Source: Terriglobia bacterium (GTDB lineage Bacteria; Acidobacteriota; Terriglobia; JAJPHL01; JAPKYU01). Taken from it: DNA of 64,000 bases. Below, piece by piece: positions 28,339 to 38,035 of the stretch; positions within the stretch are counted from its first letter, which is position 1, and every line of letters begins with the position of its first letter. Below the pieces are notes generated by a model. The model was not told where the DNA came from and made no database searches. It worked only from the letters and a program-made list of their open reading frames with translations. Both the position numbers and the translations under genes were made by a program. The stretch is taken from the NCBI GenBank assembly GCA_965206645.1, contig CBDBKE010000003.1:288001-352000 (forward strand), in the 5' to 3' direction.

Positions 28339-29049
28339 TTACCCTGTGCGCTGGTACGCCGAGGGGTCGAGCACGACGATCGTGGGTCGGCCCGGCTTCG
28401 GCCTCGGCAGTGGCAACTCGACCGTGTGGTGGCGCACGAAGAAAACAGGATCCTCGGCCCGGTGCTCGATGAAGTCGTCGATCTTGGACATCTCGAACGA
28501 CACCGGCGGGATGTTGTAGTGCATCGGCACGAGCCACTTCGGTTTGAGGAGATCGATCATGGAGTCCAGCTCTTCGTGTGTCGGCGTGAGTTGCTCGCCC
28601 GTGAGCGCGAAAAGTACATCGCAGTGCCCGGTGAAAGGCTCCATTTGGTCGTGCGGCAGTTGGTGGGGGCCGACGTCGCCCATGTGGACAAACCAAAGGT
28701 CGCCAAGATTGAACGCGTACAGGGCGTTGTCCATGGGCTCGTGTTCGGGGTGCTTGGGGTCTTCGCGGGCCTGGGCCGTGAGCACCGGTTGCCCGCTGAT
28801 CTTCGCCTTGGTCTTGCCCTGGGCCACATCGAGCGCGTTGATCACGCGGGGGCTGCCTTTCACGAGCCCGATGTTAGAATGCGCCTCGTCCGTCAATGAA
28901 CTGGCAATTACGGTGTCGGCTTCGAAGCGCGTTCCCGGATCGGACAAACCCAACTGTTCGTAGCGAAGTGGATCGGTGACGAGGACGGGACGGCCATTTT
29001 TCCACAGCCTGAAGCAAGCGTGGCCGACGAACTCAAGTTGCACACTCAT
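28339..29049 (-). CDS. MBL-fold hydrolase (Lactamase_B_3-like), degenerate metal motif
   Basis: GHACF, VTDP, VHMGD and VPMHY. Confidence 0.8.
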   Translation of the reverse strand: MSVQLEFVGHACFRLWKNGRPVLVTDPLRYEQLGLSDPGTRFEADTVIASSLTDEAHSNIGLVKGSPRVINALDVAQGKTKAKISGQPVLTAQAREDPKHPEHEPMDNALYAFNLGDLWFVHMGDVGPHQLPHDQMEPFTGHCDVLFALTGEQLTPTHEELDSMIDLLKPKWLVPMHYNIPPVSFEMSKIDDFIEHRAEDPVFFVRHHTVELPLPRPKPGRPTIVVLDPSAYQRTG

Positions 29050-29273
29050 TATTACTCTCCTGAAGCGATGCTAACTTTCAGCCTGTATCATATGTCCTGA
29101 CGCAGGAACCAGCATAAATTTGGGTTTCCATCGGCTGGCGATCCCGACGAAGAGCTGCTTGACGGGCGGCTGAGAGGAGCCTAAGATGCGTCTGCCCGAG
29201 ATCGTCGGTGTTTTCGTCGTACGAGGCGAGGCGATAACGGGTAAATTGAGCTGCGAATAGGCTGGTTGACCAA

Positions 29274-30044
29274 ATGGACGTGAATCCTCTCAAAAAGATA
29301 TGGCAGGCTGGTGGCGTGGCCGTCGGCACCATGATCTTGTACAGCACTGACATTGCAACTATCGAGATCGCCGCCGCCGCCGGCCTTGATTTTGTCATGC
29401 TTGACGTGGAGCACCGCCCCCACAATCCGGAAACCATTCACGACCTGGCGCAGGTCGCGCGGCTCACCGGCATGGCTCCGCTGATCACCACAAAGGATAT
29501 CAGCTATCACGCAATCGATCATGCCTTGGATTCCGGTGCGTCCGGCATCGTGCTCCCTCACGTCGAAACGACCGACGACGTGGCGCAGGCGATCGCTGCG
29601 GTGCGGCATCCTCCCAAGGGCAAGCGGGGCCGGTGTGGTACGGCCGGTCACAATCTATACGTAGCTCGGCCCATTGCCGAGGAGGTCGCCGACTATGATC
29701 GGCAAATCTCTCTGGTGCTGAAGGTCGAGTCGGAGTCGGCCATCCGCAGATTGGATGAACTCGTATCTTTGGGCGATGTCGATGGCGTGATGATCGGGCC
29801 AACTGATCTGTCGCTCGATTTGGGGATTCCTGGGCAAACCCACCATGAGCGATTCCGAGAGTTGGTTGAGCACGTTCGTAATGTTTGTCGCCAACGAGGT
29901 GTCCATTATGGCGCTCTGGTCTCCTCGCCTGACGGCGTGCCGGACGCCATCAAGCAAGGCGCGTCTTGGGTGATCGTGGGAAGCGAAATCGAACCACTCG
30001 TCGCCACCTGGAAAAGGGCCAGCCAGGCCAAGCACACGGCGTAA
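29274..30044 (+). CDS. HpcH/HpaI-family aldolase
   Basis: GLDFVMLDVEH, LDSGASGIVLPHVE, PPKGKRG and IGPTDLS. Confidence 0.9.
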   Translation: MDVNPLKKIWQAGGVAVGTMILYSTDIATIEIAAAAGLDFVMLDVEHRPHNPETIHDLAQVARLTGMAPLITTKDISYHAIDHALDSGASGIVLPHVETTDDVAQAIAAVRHPPKGKRGRCGTAGHNLYVARPIAEEVADYDRQISLVLKVESESAIRRLDELVSLGDVDGVMIGPTDLSLDLGIPGQTHHERFRELVEHVRNVCRQRGVHYGALVSSPDGVPDAIKQGASWVIVGSEIEPLVATWKRASQAKHTA

Positions 30045-30133
30045 TGTAGGGGCGCCACGAACTCGGTTCGCCTCAACGGGTGACAACACCCTCCTCATGG
30101 TAGGAGGCCGGTCGGCGCGACACAATTAACCTC

Positions 30134-31021
30134 ATGAAAGTCAGAATCGGCTCATCACCCTGCTCGTGGGGCGTCAACTTTGCCAGCGATCCTAAACAAA
30201 TCCCTTGGCAGCGATTTCTGGATGAACTCATCCAGGCAGATTATGAGTGGATCGAACTTGCCCCGTACGGCTATCTGCCCACCGATCCGAAGATTCTTCG
30301 CCCGGAACTGGAACGCCGAAATCTGAAGGCAGTCGCATGCGACGTGATGCTACCGCTGGAAGATCCGGCGTTGTGGCCAGTCATAAAAGAAGAGGCGCTC
30401 AAAGTGGGTGCAATGATGGCGGGTGTGGACGGAAAATATGTGATGCTCCTCGACGACGTCTACATCGATCTGCATACTGGGAGGCCGACGGGCCCGAGCC
30501 GTCTTGACGAAGACGGGTGGAAGAGGTTGATCCAAACGACACAGACACTGGCCGATCTGGTTCACGAACGCTTTGGGCTTGAACTCGTTTTTCATCCCCA
30601 TGTCGAGACCCACGTCGAGCATGAATACCAGATCGAAGCCCTTTTGGAACAGACTGACCCGCAGCGCGTTTCCCTTTGCTTGGACCCTGGCCACCATGCC
30701 TATGGCGGGGGAGACCCTGTTGCTTTTCTGAGAAAACATCACGCTAGGATCCGGTACCTGCACCTGAAGAACGTTGACCGCCAGATCCGGGCGAAAGTGG
30801 CGGCCGAACGCATACCCTTGAACAAGGCCACCGAGATGGGCATCTTTTGCGAACCGGCCCAAGGGATGGTGGATTTTTTCGCTTTTCGCGATGCACTGCA
30901 GGAGATTGCTTACGATGGCTGGGCGATTGTGGAACAGGACATGTATCCGACGGCGTTCGATAAACCGCTGCCCATCGCCAAGCGGACACGTGCCTACCTG
31001 CGCGAGATTGGCATTGGGTGA
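30134..31021 (+). CDS. Sugar phosphate isomerase/epimerase, IolE (2-keto-myo-inositol dehydratase)-like
   Basis: PCSWGV, ELAPYGYLP, FHPH, LDPGH, YLHLK and IVEQD. Confidence 0.82.
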   Translation: MKVRIGSSPCSWGVNFASDPKQIPWQRFLDELIQADYEWIELAPYGYLPTDPKILRPELERRNLKAVACDVMLPLEDPALWPVIKEEALKVGAMMAGVDGKYVMLLDDVYIDLHTGRPTGPSRLDEDGWKRLIQTTQTLADLVHERFGLELVFHPHVETHVEHEYQIEALLEQTDPQRVSLCLDPGHHAYGGGDPVAFLRKHHARIRYLHLKNVDRQIRAKVAAERIPLNKATEMGIFCEPAQGMVDFFAFRDALQEIAYDGWAIVEQDMYPTAFDKPLPIAKRTRAYLREIGIG

Positions 31022-31073
31022 CAAATGAAGCAGCGGCGAAGGTTGCCACTGCCCATCAACCTGGTTGCCACTG

Positions 31074-31174
31074 CTGGCCATCAACCTGGCCATCAACCTG
31101 GCCATCAACCTGGCCATCAACCTGGCCATCAACCTGGCCATCAACCTGGCCATCAGCCCGGCCATCAGGCTGGC
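31074..31174 (+). repeat. Intergenic 12-bp tandem repeat (CTGGCCATCAAC) x6 plus 2 degenerate units
   Basis: Six perfect units at 31074-31145. Confidence 0.95.
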
Positions 31175-31197
31175 TGTCCTTTAGGAGGGAGGTTCGT

Positions 31198-32181
31198 ATG
31201 AAACTTGGCGTCAATACCTTTTTTCTTTTGTGCTTTGAGTTCGAGGAGGCGCTGGACTTCCTCCAAAAGCGCGGCGTGCAGACGATTGAGGTTGGGGTTT
31301 TGGAAGAGCCCGCCCGCAAATTTTGCGACACTGAAAAGCTTCTCAAGGACAAAGGCGAGCTGAACCGATGGCTGGATAAGTTGAAACAGCATGGCCTGGA
31401 AATCAGCGCGTTCTGTGCGCATGGAGAGCCCTTGTCGCCCAACAAGGAGGTGGCAGGAGCGTACTCCCGGGGGTTCCGCGAGATTTGCCAGCTGGCGGAA
31501 GCGGCCGGTGTCGACCGGTTGGTGGTCTTGTCCGGTCTCCCAGAGGCTGGTCCCGGAGAGACGACCCCTTACTGGGTCGCCGACTCCACCAAAACCTTCA
31601 GCCATGACATTACGCGTTGGCAGTGGGAACAGCGTCTGATCCCCTATTGGCGCGAACACGGAAAAATTGCTGAGGACCACGGCTGCAGGGTGGCGGTCGA
31701 GCCCCAGCTCTGTGATCTCGTCTACTCTCCGCAGACGTTGATGAAGCTGCGCGAGGCGGTTGGACCGGTGATCGGTTGCAACTTGGATCCGTCGCACCTG
31801 TTTGTGCAGGGCATGGACCTGATCGAGGTGGTCAAGTACTTGTCCGATGCAATCCTTCACGTTCATGTTAAAGATATTCGTTTTGATCGCGGCCGAATGG
31901 CAGTACAAGGCCTCCTTGACCCCGCGTCCCATATGACACCTGGCGGGCGTTCCTGGGTCTTCGCGCTGGTCGGGTGGGGCCACGACCAACTATTCTGGCG
32001 TGACTTCCTATCGGCTTTACAGTTCGTCGGTTACGAGGGCGCTCTCTCGATCGAGATGGAGTGTGATTATTTTGATGTCAAAGAGGGACTTGAAAAGTCG
32101 ATTGAGTTTCTAAAGCCACTTATTCCAAAAAAGCTGCCCGGCAAACGGTGGTGGGGATATGCCGGGTGGGAGATGCCCTGA
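31198..32181 (+). CDS. Sugar phosphate isomerase/epimerase (AP endonuclease 2 TIM barrel)
   Basis: AGGAGG RBS before ATG 31198; NLDPSHL, HVHVKD and LSIEME. Confidence 0.85.
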   Translation: MKLGVNTFFLLCFEFEEALDFLQKRGVQTIEVGVLEEPARKFCDTEKLLKDKGELNRWLDKLKQHGLEISAFCAHGEPLSPNKEVAGAYSRGFREICQLAEAAGVDRLVVLSGLPEAGPGETTPYWVADSTKTFSHDITRWQWEQRLIPYWREHGKIAEDHGCRVAVEPQLCDLVYSPQTLMKLREAVGPVIGCNLDPSHLFVQGMDLIEVVKYLSDAILHVHVKDIRFDRGRMAVQGLLDPASHMTPGGRSWVFALVGWGHDQLFWRDFLSALQFVGYEGALSIEMECDYFDVKEGLEKSIEFLKPLIPKKLPGKRWWGYAGWEMP

Positions 32182-32322
32182 GAGCTCGTGGGAGTTTGAG
32201 ACGTTTTTTAAAGGAAAAGACCTGCTCTTAGGATTCCATCCGGTGCAACCCCGGCATCTGCCCAAATACGCTGCGGTTCTCGTCACCTTCGGAGGATTGG
32301 TTCATATCCTTCAAACGGAGCG

Positions 32323-33060
32323 TCACCTCGCGGTGGACATCTTGAGGTCGGTGGAGCGCATTACCGCAACGTTTTTCTCTTTGAAGGAGGCGCGCATCTT
32401 GTCGACGCTACCGGTGGGAAACCCGACCGCTCGCGTCGCATCCTCAACGACCACCGGTTCAAAGCCCTCGGATACCGCCCCTTCAGCCGACCAGCCTACG
32501 CAGTAGTCGAACGCCAATCCCACCAAGAAGCAACGGCGCACCCCTCGGTGGCGGAGCCGTTCGGCCAAGCCCGTCGCACGCCGGAGGTTGTCGAAAAAAC
32601 CGCTGTAGGAGTCGAACTTGGGGTCCAGACCCTTCCCCTGGACAAAGGCGAAGTCCGATTCCGACAGCGCCGGGTGCAGTTCCGCCTCCGTCGTGCCGGC
32701 AATGGCATGATCGGGCCAGAGGACCTGCACCTGGACCTCGCTGAGGTATTGTTTCAATTCGGCCAGCGTGAACCCGGCGTGCGGTGCCAAGCAATGCTGT
32801 GCTTCGGTCCAGGCCGCAACGGCTGCCGGCGTCAGAGGTGTCATTGGCGCAAAGTCAACGTAGGAACTGGCCAACGAAATATGCCCGCGCGGGTGCTGGT
32901 CCTTGGTGGCGAGCCGGCGCGAGGGCGGGAAGCTCTCCATCAGTTTCCGCACCACCGGCACCACCTGATCGCCCTCCTCGACGGGCAGGCCGCCGCCGGG
33001 CATGAACGTCGGCTGCACGTCTACGACGAGCAGCGCATCTGTCTCCAAGTTCAGCAGCAT
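32323..33060 (-). CDS. pncA: Nicotinamidase/pyrazinamidase
   Basis: LLVVDVQ, D.HP..H, WPDH, KG....DSYSGF and GLAFDYCV. Confidence 0.85.
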   Translation of the reverse strand: MLLNLETDALLVVDVQPTFMPGGGLPVEEGDQVVPVVRKLMESFPPSRRLATKDQHPRGHISLASSYVDFAPMTPLTPAAVAAWTEAQHCLAPHAGFTLAELKQYLSEVQVQVLWPDHAIAGTTEAELHPALSESDFAFVQGKGLDPKFDSYSGFFDNLRRATGLAERLRHRGVRRCFLVGLAFDYCVGWSAEGAVSEGFEPVVVEDATRAVGFPTGSVDKMRASFKEKNVAVMRSTDLKMSTAR

Positions 33061-33160
33061 GTTCTCCTACCTTCGAGCACTGAGGGAACCGCGCCGCAGA
33101 GCGCGACTCTATCACGGGAGGACAGCTTCGCAGACCCGGTGGCTAAAGGTGATCGCGCGA

Positions 33161-33454
33161 TTAGACGGTGGGTGAGGAGACCACCTGAAACGATTTCCGC
33201 GAGGGCTGAGGAGAGGGGGGTTGTTCCGCTTCCGTGGGATCGGAGTTGCGGTAGCGGAAGGCGAGCAAGAGAATGCTGCCCATAATGGCCACAGGAGGAA
33301 TCAGCAAGACCAGGATACCCAGGTTCAGTGCCTTTATAGCCTCCGAGTCCTGGGCCGCGGCCGTGCTGTAGCACATGGCACACTGCGCGGCGGCAGACGA
33401 AGCAGTGACCGCCAGAAGCAGGAGAACGAGGGCGAGGGCACGAGGGAAGGTCAC
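33161..33454 (-). CDS. Small membrane protein with QCAMC motif (last gene of the cox operon)
   Basis: Signal peptide, CxxC, LN.GIL.LL TM helix; overlaps the subunit IV stop. Confidence 0.75.
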   Translation of the reverse strand: MTFPRALALVLLLLAVTASSAAAQCAMCYSTAAAQDSEAIKALNLGILVLLIPPVAIMGSILLLAFRYRNSDPTEAEQPPSPQPSRKSFQVVSSPTV

Positions 33455-33762
33455 GGCTGGCCCAACTCCAGGATGCGGAGGCTATCCGGGTAAAACACGA
33501 ACAGCAGGCTGATGGCGACCACTAGCGCGGGAACCAGCGTCAATACCAGCCGCAATCGCTCGAATCGCAGGTGCATGAAGTAGGACATGATCAGGGCTGC
33601 CTTGACTATGGAGAGGCCCATCAGCAGGGTGAGCATCGGTACGGGCGGCAGTTGCAGGTAGGCGAGGAATATCTCCACACCGGTGAGGCCGAGCAGCCAG
33701 CCCCAGACAGCTAAGTAAAGCCGGTTTCCGGCTCCGGCGTGCTCCTCGCTATGCGCGCTCAT
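33451..33762 (-). CDS. ctaF: Cytochrome c oxidase subunit IV
   Basis: KAALIMSYFMHLRFE; three TM helices. Confidence 0.88.
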   Translation of the reverse strand: MSAHSEEHAGAGNRLYLAVWGWLLGLTGVEIFLAYLQLPPVPMLTLLMGLSIVKAALIMSYFMHLRFERLRLVLTLVPALVVAISLLFVFYPDSLRILELGQP

Positions 33763-33781
33763 ATGCCTCCTTCCCTGCCCG

Positions 33782-34405
33782 CTAGATCTTGGTCGACATC
33801 AAATAGACGAGCGGGAAAATGAACATCCAGACCAAATCTACAAAGTGCCAGTACAGCCCGCTGACCTCCACGTCCGTTCCACTCCAGCGACCGGCGCGGA
33901 ACCCCAGGGCCACGATCGTCAGGTAAATCACCCCGATGGCGACGTGGGTCATGTGCAGGCCGGTCAGAGTAAAGAAGGTGGCTCCGAACAGGGGTGAACC
34001 CCAGGGGTTGCTGAACGGCCTCATCCCCTCGTGGATCAGACCGAGCCACTCATTCGCGTGGAGCACGATAAACGCCAGGCCGCCCGCGATGGTGGCGAAA
34101 AGCCATCGGGCCGCCTGCTTGCGGCGGTCCTGATGGGCAGCGGCAACCGCCATCACCATGGTCAAGCTGCTCGAGAGCAGGCAGAAGGTCATGATACTGG
34201 CCAGCGCGATACTGGAGCCATGAAACGGAGTGGGCCAGTCAGTGCTGGCCAGGCGCACGTAGCTGTAGGTTACCAATAACACGGAGAAGGTGAGCGAGTC
34301 GGAGACAATGAACAGCCACATGCCCAGCTTCTTCGAGGGCACCGCATAGGGGCGTACCCCGCCGCCCCAAATCTCCGCCCGAGCCTGTGCTGTTGCGTCA
34401 GACAA
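33782..34405 (-). CDS. ctaE: Cytochrome c oxidase subunit III (copy 2)
   Basis: GMWLFIVSD, FFTLTGLH and GLYWHFVD. Confidence 0.9.
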   Translation of the reverse strand: MSDATAQARAEIWGGGVRPYAVPSKKLGMWLFIVSDSLTFSVLLVTYSYVRLASTDWPTPFHGSSIALASIMTFCLLSSSLTMVMAVAAAHQDRRKQAARWLFATIAGGLAFIVLHANEWLGLIHEGMRPFSNPWGSPLFGATFFTLTGLHMTHVAIGVIYLTIVALGFRAGRWSGTDVEVSGLYWHFVDLVWMFIFPLVYLMSTKI

Positions 34406-34411
34406 TTTTCC

Positions 34412-35056
34412 CTACCTCCAAACCAGAAACAGCAAAAAGATGAAGACCCACAAACCACCCAGGAAATGCCAGTAGACGGCGGTCACCTCCACCGCGGCGC
34501 GCGGGGCCGGACCCGCTCCCGCGCGCGCCGCCTGGAAAGCTACATAGAGCAGCGCAACTTCGCCGCCCAGCAGGTGCAGGCCGTGGGCGGCTGTCAACAA
34601 GTAAAAGAAGGAGCTGCTGGGATTGCTGGCCAGATAGACGCCGCGATCCGTCAGTTGCCACCATGCTCCCAGTTGGCCGACCAGGAACGCCACGCCTAGG
34701 GCTGTGGTCGCCGACCACCAGCGGCTAAACCCGTCTCGCAGCCCGCGGTTCAAGCAATCGCGAGCGCGCTCCAGGGCCAGGCTGCTGGCTGCCAGCAGCG
34801 CCGTATTCAACCACAGGATGGCAGGCAGCTCCAGAGGTTGCCAGTCCTTGCCGAGACCACGGCGCACGATGTAGGCGCTGGAAAAGGCGACAAACATCAT
34901 CATGATGGGCGCCAGGGCAATCCAGATACCCGTGCGGTAGACGCGCCGGTTGGGTTGGGGACCGGCACGGCCTCCTTCATCACCGAAGCCGCCGTTGCGC
35001 GGGCCACGTCCCCCGACGCCCGGGACTTTCTCCACAGTTTCAGAAGCAACCGGCAT
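34412..35056 (-). CDS. ctaE: Cytochrome c oxidase subunit III (copy 1)
   Basis: FFYLLTAAHGLH and YWHFL. Confidence 0.88.
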   Translation of the reverse strand: MPVASETVEKVPGVGGRGPRNGGFGDEGGRAGPQPNRRVYRTGIWIALAPIMMMFVAFSSAYIVRRGLGKDWQPLELPAILWLNTALLAASSLALERARDCLNRGLRDGFSRWWSATTALGVAFLVGQLGAWWQLTDRGVYLASNPSSSFFYLLTAAHGLHLLGGEVALLYVAFQAARAGAGPAPRAAVEVTAVYWHFLGGLWVFIFLLFLVWR

Positions 35057-36798
35057 CAGGTTTTTACAGCCTCCGGCGGAGCGTCTTGCATGATGTAGTC
35101 CCGCGGCGCGCCGGGCACACCGTACTCATACGGCCCATGATTAACAACGGGCTCCCGCCCTGCGAAATTATCGTGGGGCGGCGGCGAGGGAACGGTCCAT
35201 TCCAGAGTGGTCGCCTCCCAGGGATTCTCGCTCGCCTTCGCACCCTTGAACATGCTCCAGAACAGGTTGAACAGGAAGACCAGCTGAGCGGCAGCTGTGA
35301 CGAAGGCGGCAATGGTGATGAAGACATGTACCGGCTCCAGCGGCGCCAGAAAATCCACCCCGCTAATCTCCGAGTAGCGCCGCGGGTGCCCCACCATGCC
35401 CAGGAAGTGCATGGGCATGAAAATGGCGTAGACACCCACGAAGGTGAACCAGAAGTGGATCCGGCCCAAGGTCTCGTTCATCATGCGGCCGAACATCTTG
35501 GGGAACCAGTAGTAGGTGCCGGCAAAGATGCCGAAGATGGCGGCCACGCCCATAATCATGTGGAAGTGGGCGACCACGAAATAGGTGTCGTGGAAATAGA
35601 TGTCCACCGAAGGCTGGCCGAGGAAGATGCCGCTGAGCCCGCCGGTGACAAACAGCGACACAAAGCCCAGCGCAAACAGCATTGGAGTGGCAAAGCGGAT
35701 GTTGGCTCCCCACAGGGTCCCCAGCCAGTTGAACGTCTTGATGGCGGAGGGCACGGCGATGGCCATGGTCAGCACCGAGAAGGCCAGGCTGGAGTAAGGG
35801 CTCATCCCGCTGATAAACATGTGATGGCCCCACACGAAGAAGCCCAGCATGCCGATGCCCAGGAGGGCGTACACCATCGCCCGGTAGCCAAAAATGGGCT
35901 TGCGGGCGAAGGTGGACAGGATCTGGGAGGTGGCGCCCATGCCGGGCAGAATGGCGATATAGACCTCCGGGTGGCCGAAAAACCAGAACAGGTGCTGCCA
36001 AAGCAGTGGTGAGCCGCCCTTGTGATCAATAATCCGGTCACTGAGGATTAGCCCGCCGGGGACGAAAAAGCTGGTGCCCGCCGAGCGATCCATGATCAGC
36101 AGGATGCCAGCGGCGGCCAGCACCGCAAAGGCCAGCAGGGCCAGAATCGCGGTGGTGAACCAGGCCCAGACCGTCAGGGGGAGGCGCATCAGCGACAGCC
36201 CCCGGGCCCGCAAGTCCAGTGTGGTCACGATGAAATTCAGAGCTCCCAGCAGTGAGCCAGCACAGAAAAAGACCAGGCTGACGATCCACAGCGTTTGTCC
36301 CATTCCCTGACCGGGGGCGGCTCCGGGCAGCGCGCTCAGCGGCGGGTAGGCGGTCCAGCCGCCGCTGGCGGGCCCGCCAACGACAAAAAAGGAAGCGACC
36401 AGGACGCACAACCCGACGAAGGTCACCCAGAAGGAAAGCATATTCAGGATTGGGAAGGCCATGTCAGCCGCGCCAATCTGAATGGGCAGCACGTAATTGC
36501 CAAAGCCGCCCTGCGGCGCGGTGGTCAGCACAAAAAACACCATCAGCGTTCCGTGCATGGTCATCAGCGCCAGGTAGGTTTCCGGCTTCATGATGCCCAT
36601 CCCGGGCAATTCAGCCGATGGCCACACCAGGTGGAACCGCATCAGCATCGACAGGCCCATTGCCAGGAACACCGAGAACAGAGCCAGCATGTAATACTGA
36701 ATGCCGATGACCTTGTGGTCGGTGCTGAAGATGTACCTGCGGATGAAGCTCTTAGGAGCTTCGTGGGCAACGGCATGTGCATGCGCCATCTCTGCCAT
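35056..36798 (-). CDS. ctaD: Cytochrome c oxidase subunit I (A1 type)
   Basis: TDHK, WFFGHPEVY, WGHHM and HDTYFVVAHFH. Confidence 0.97.
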   Translation of the reverse strand: MAEMAHAHAVAHEAPKSFIRRYIFSTDHKVIGIQYYMLALFSVFLAMGLSMLMRFHLVWPSAELPGMGIMKPETYLALMTMHGTLMVFFVLTTAPQGGFGNYVLPIQIGAADMAFPILNMLSFWVTFVGLCVLVASFFVVGGPASGGWTAYPPLSALPGAAPGQGMGQTLWIVSLVFFCAGSLLGALNFIVTTLDLRARGLSLMRLPLTVWAWFTTAILALLAFAVLAAAGILLIMDRSAGTSFFVPGGLILSDRIIDHKGGSPLLWQHLFWFFGHPEVYIAILPGMGATSQILSTFARKPIFGYRAMVYALLGIGMLGFFVWGHHMFISGMSPYSSLAFSVLTMAIAVPSAIKTFNWLGTLWGANIRFATPMLFALGFVSLFVTGGLSGIFLGQPSVDIYFHDTYFVVAHFHMIMGVAAIFGIFAGTYYWFPKMFGRMMNETLGRIHFWFTFVGVYAIFMPMHFLGMVGHPRRYSEISGVDFLAPLEPVHVFITIAAFVTAAAQLVFLFNLFWSMFKGAKASENPWEATTLEWTVPSPPPHDNFAGREPVVNHGPYEYGVPGAPRDYIMQDAPPEAVKT

Positions 36799-36835
36799 CG
36801 CTAGTCCTCCTCAGCACCTCCGGCCCTTCCGGCCG

Positions 36836-37624
36836 TTACTCAACTGCTCGTTCTTCCAACCACTTCTCATAGTCTTGCTCCGAAAGCACATCCAGGAAAC
36901 TGCGCATCTTGTAGTGCCCCAGGCCGCATAGCTCAGCGCAGACGATCTCGTATTGGCCGACCCGGGTGGCAGTGAAATGCGCGCGGATCACCATGCCCGG
37001 CACGGTGTCTTGCTTGAGCCGCAACTCGCGCACAAAGAAGCTGTGGGTCACGTCTTTGGAGCGCAGGATCAGCTCCACCGGGCGGTTGATGGGCACCGCC
37101 ATAGTCGGCACCACAATGTCATCGCCGGCAGCGGCATCCGTGTCATCCAGGCCCAAGGGATTGCCGGCCGCATCGTTCACCAAGTGGATGTCAGTGCGGC
37201 CGAACTTGCCGTCCGGGCCCGGGTAGCGAATGTTCCAGACAAACTGCTGGCCTACCACCTCAATCTGCATAGCCCCGCGCGGTGCCCTGGCGAAGTAGCG
37301 CTCGGCCCAGACCTTCTGCCCCACCAGATTGATCCCGATGAACATGATGGCGGTGGCTATCGTCCAGACCACTTCCATCCGGTTGCTGCCGTGGGAGTAG
37401 CGAGACTGCTGGCCCCGAGCGCGGTAGCGGAAGATCAGCCATCCCAGCCCAATTTGGGCCGCGAAGAAAATGATGCCGCAGAGCACGAACGTCCAGATGA
37501 TCTGCTGGTCAATGGCGCCCCCGTGTTCGGAGGCCAGCACCGGAAACCACCAGTACTGCCCGGCGAACCCAACTATGCTGGAAATGGTGATCAGGGCCAA
37601 CACTAGGGCCAACGCTAGCGCCAT
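36836..37624 (-). CDS. ctaC: Cytochrome c oxidase subunit II
   Basis: DVTHSF and the CuA motif CAELCGLGHYKM; start 37624 or 37672. Confidence 0.93.
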   Translation of the reverse strand: MALALALVLALITISSIVGFAGQYWWFPVLASEHGGAIDQQIIWTFVLCGIIFFAAQIGLGWLIFRYRARGQQSRYSHGSNRMEVVWTIATAIMFIGINLVGQKVWAERYFARAPRGAMQIEVVGQQFVWNIRYPGPDGKFGRTDIHLVNDAAGNPLGLDDTDAAAGDDIVVPTMAVPINRPVELILRSKDVTHSFFVRELRLKQDTVPGMVIRAHFTATRVGQYEIVCAELCGLGHYKMRSFLDVLSEQDYEKWLEERAVE

Positions 37625-37843
37625 GGTAAGATATCCTCGCTCGAGTCGGGAAACATCAGGCCTTGAGTCCAATCCAACCTGGCAACCTTGGAACCGGACA
37701 ATTTAACCTAACATAGGGCAAACCGGTCAAGTGTATCTTTACTGTTCGCGCCTTTGGACTGTTCGCTTCTTTGGGGGCGTTGGCCGGGGAGCCTGTCCGG
37801 GAGCGCAGACCGAGGTGGAATCCCTGAAGCACAAGGAGTCTCG

Positions 37844-38011
37844 ATGGAAACCGAACGCCTTTCCAGTTTTCAAACGACGCCGGCAGACGCCAATTACAAA
37901 TGCGGCCAGTGCGGCAACGTCTTAAGCTTGAAGAAGGGACAACTGCTGCCGCCCTGCCCCAAGTGCGGCTTCCGCCAGTTTGATCAAACCGAGGCCAGCG
38001 CGGAGTGTTGA
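37844..38011 (+). CDS. Small zinc-ribbon protein (55 aa)
   Basis: AAGGAG RBS; YKCGQCG...LPPCPKCG. Confidence 0.7.
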   Translation: METERLSSFQTTPADANYKCGQCGNVLSLKKGQLLPPCPKCGFRQFDQTEASAEC

Positions 38012-38035
38012 GCTATTCCAGCAGGCCTGCCACGC

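Noticed and set aside
31074-31174. Mini-CRISPR, or the MARL-repeat protein 30350-31165
   Set aside because: There are no spacers, and the minus-strand ORF is antisense to the IolE-like gene
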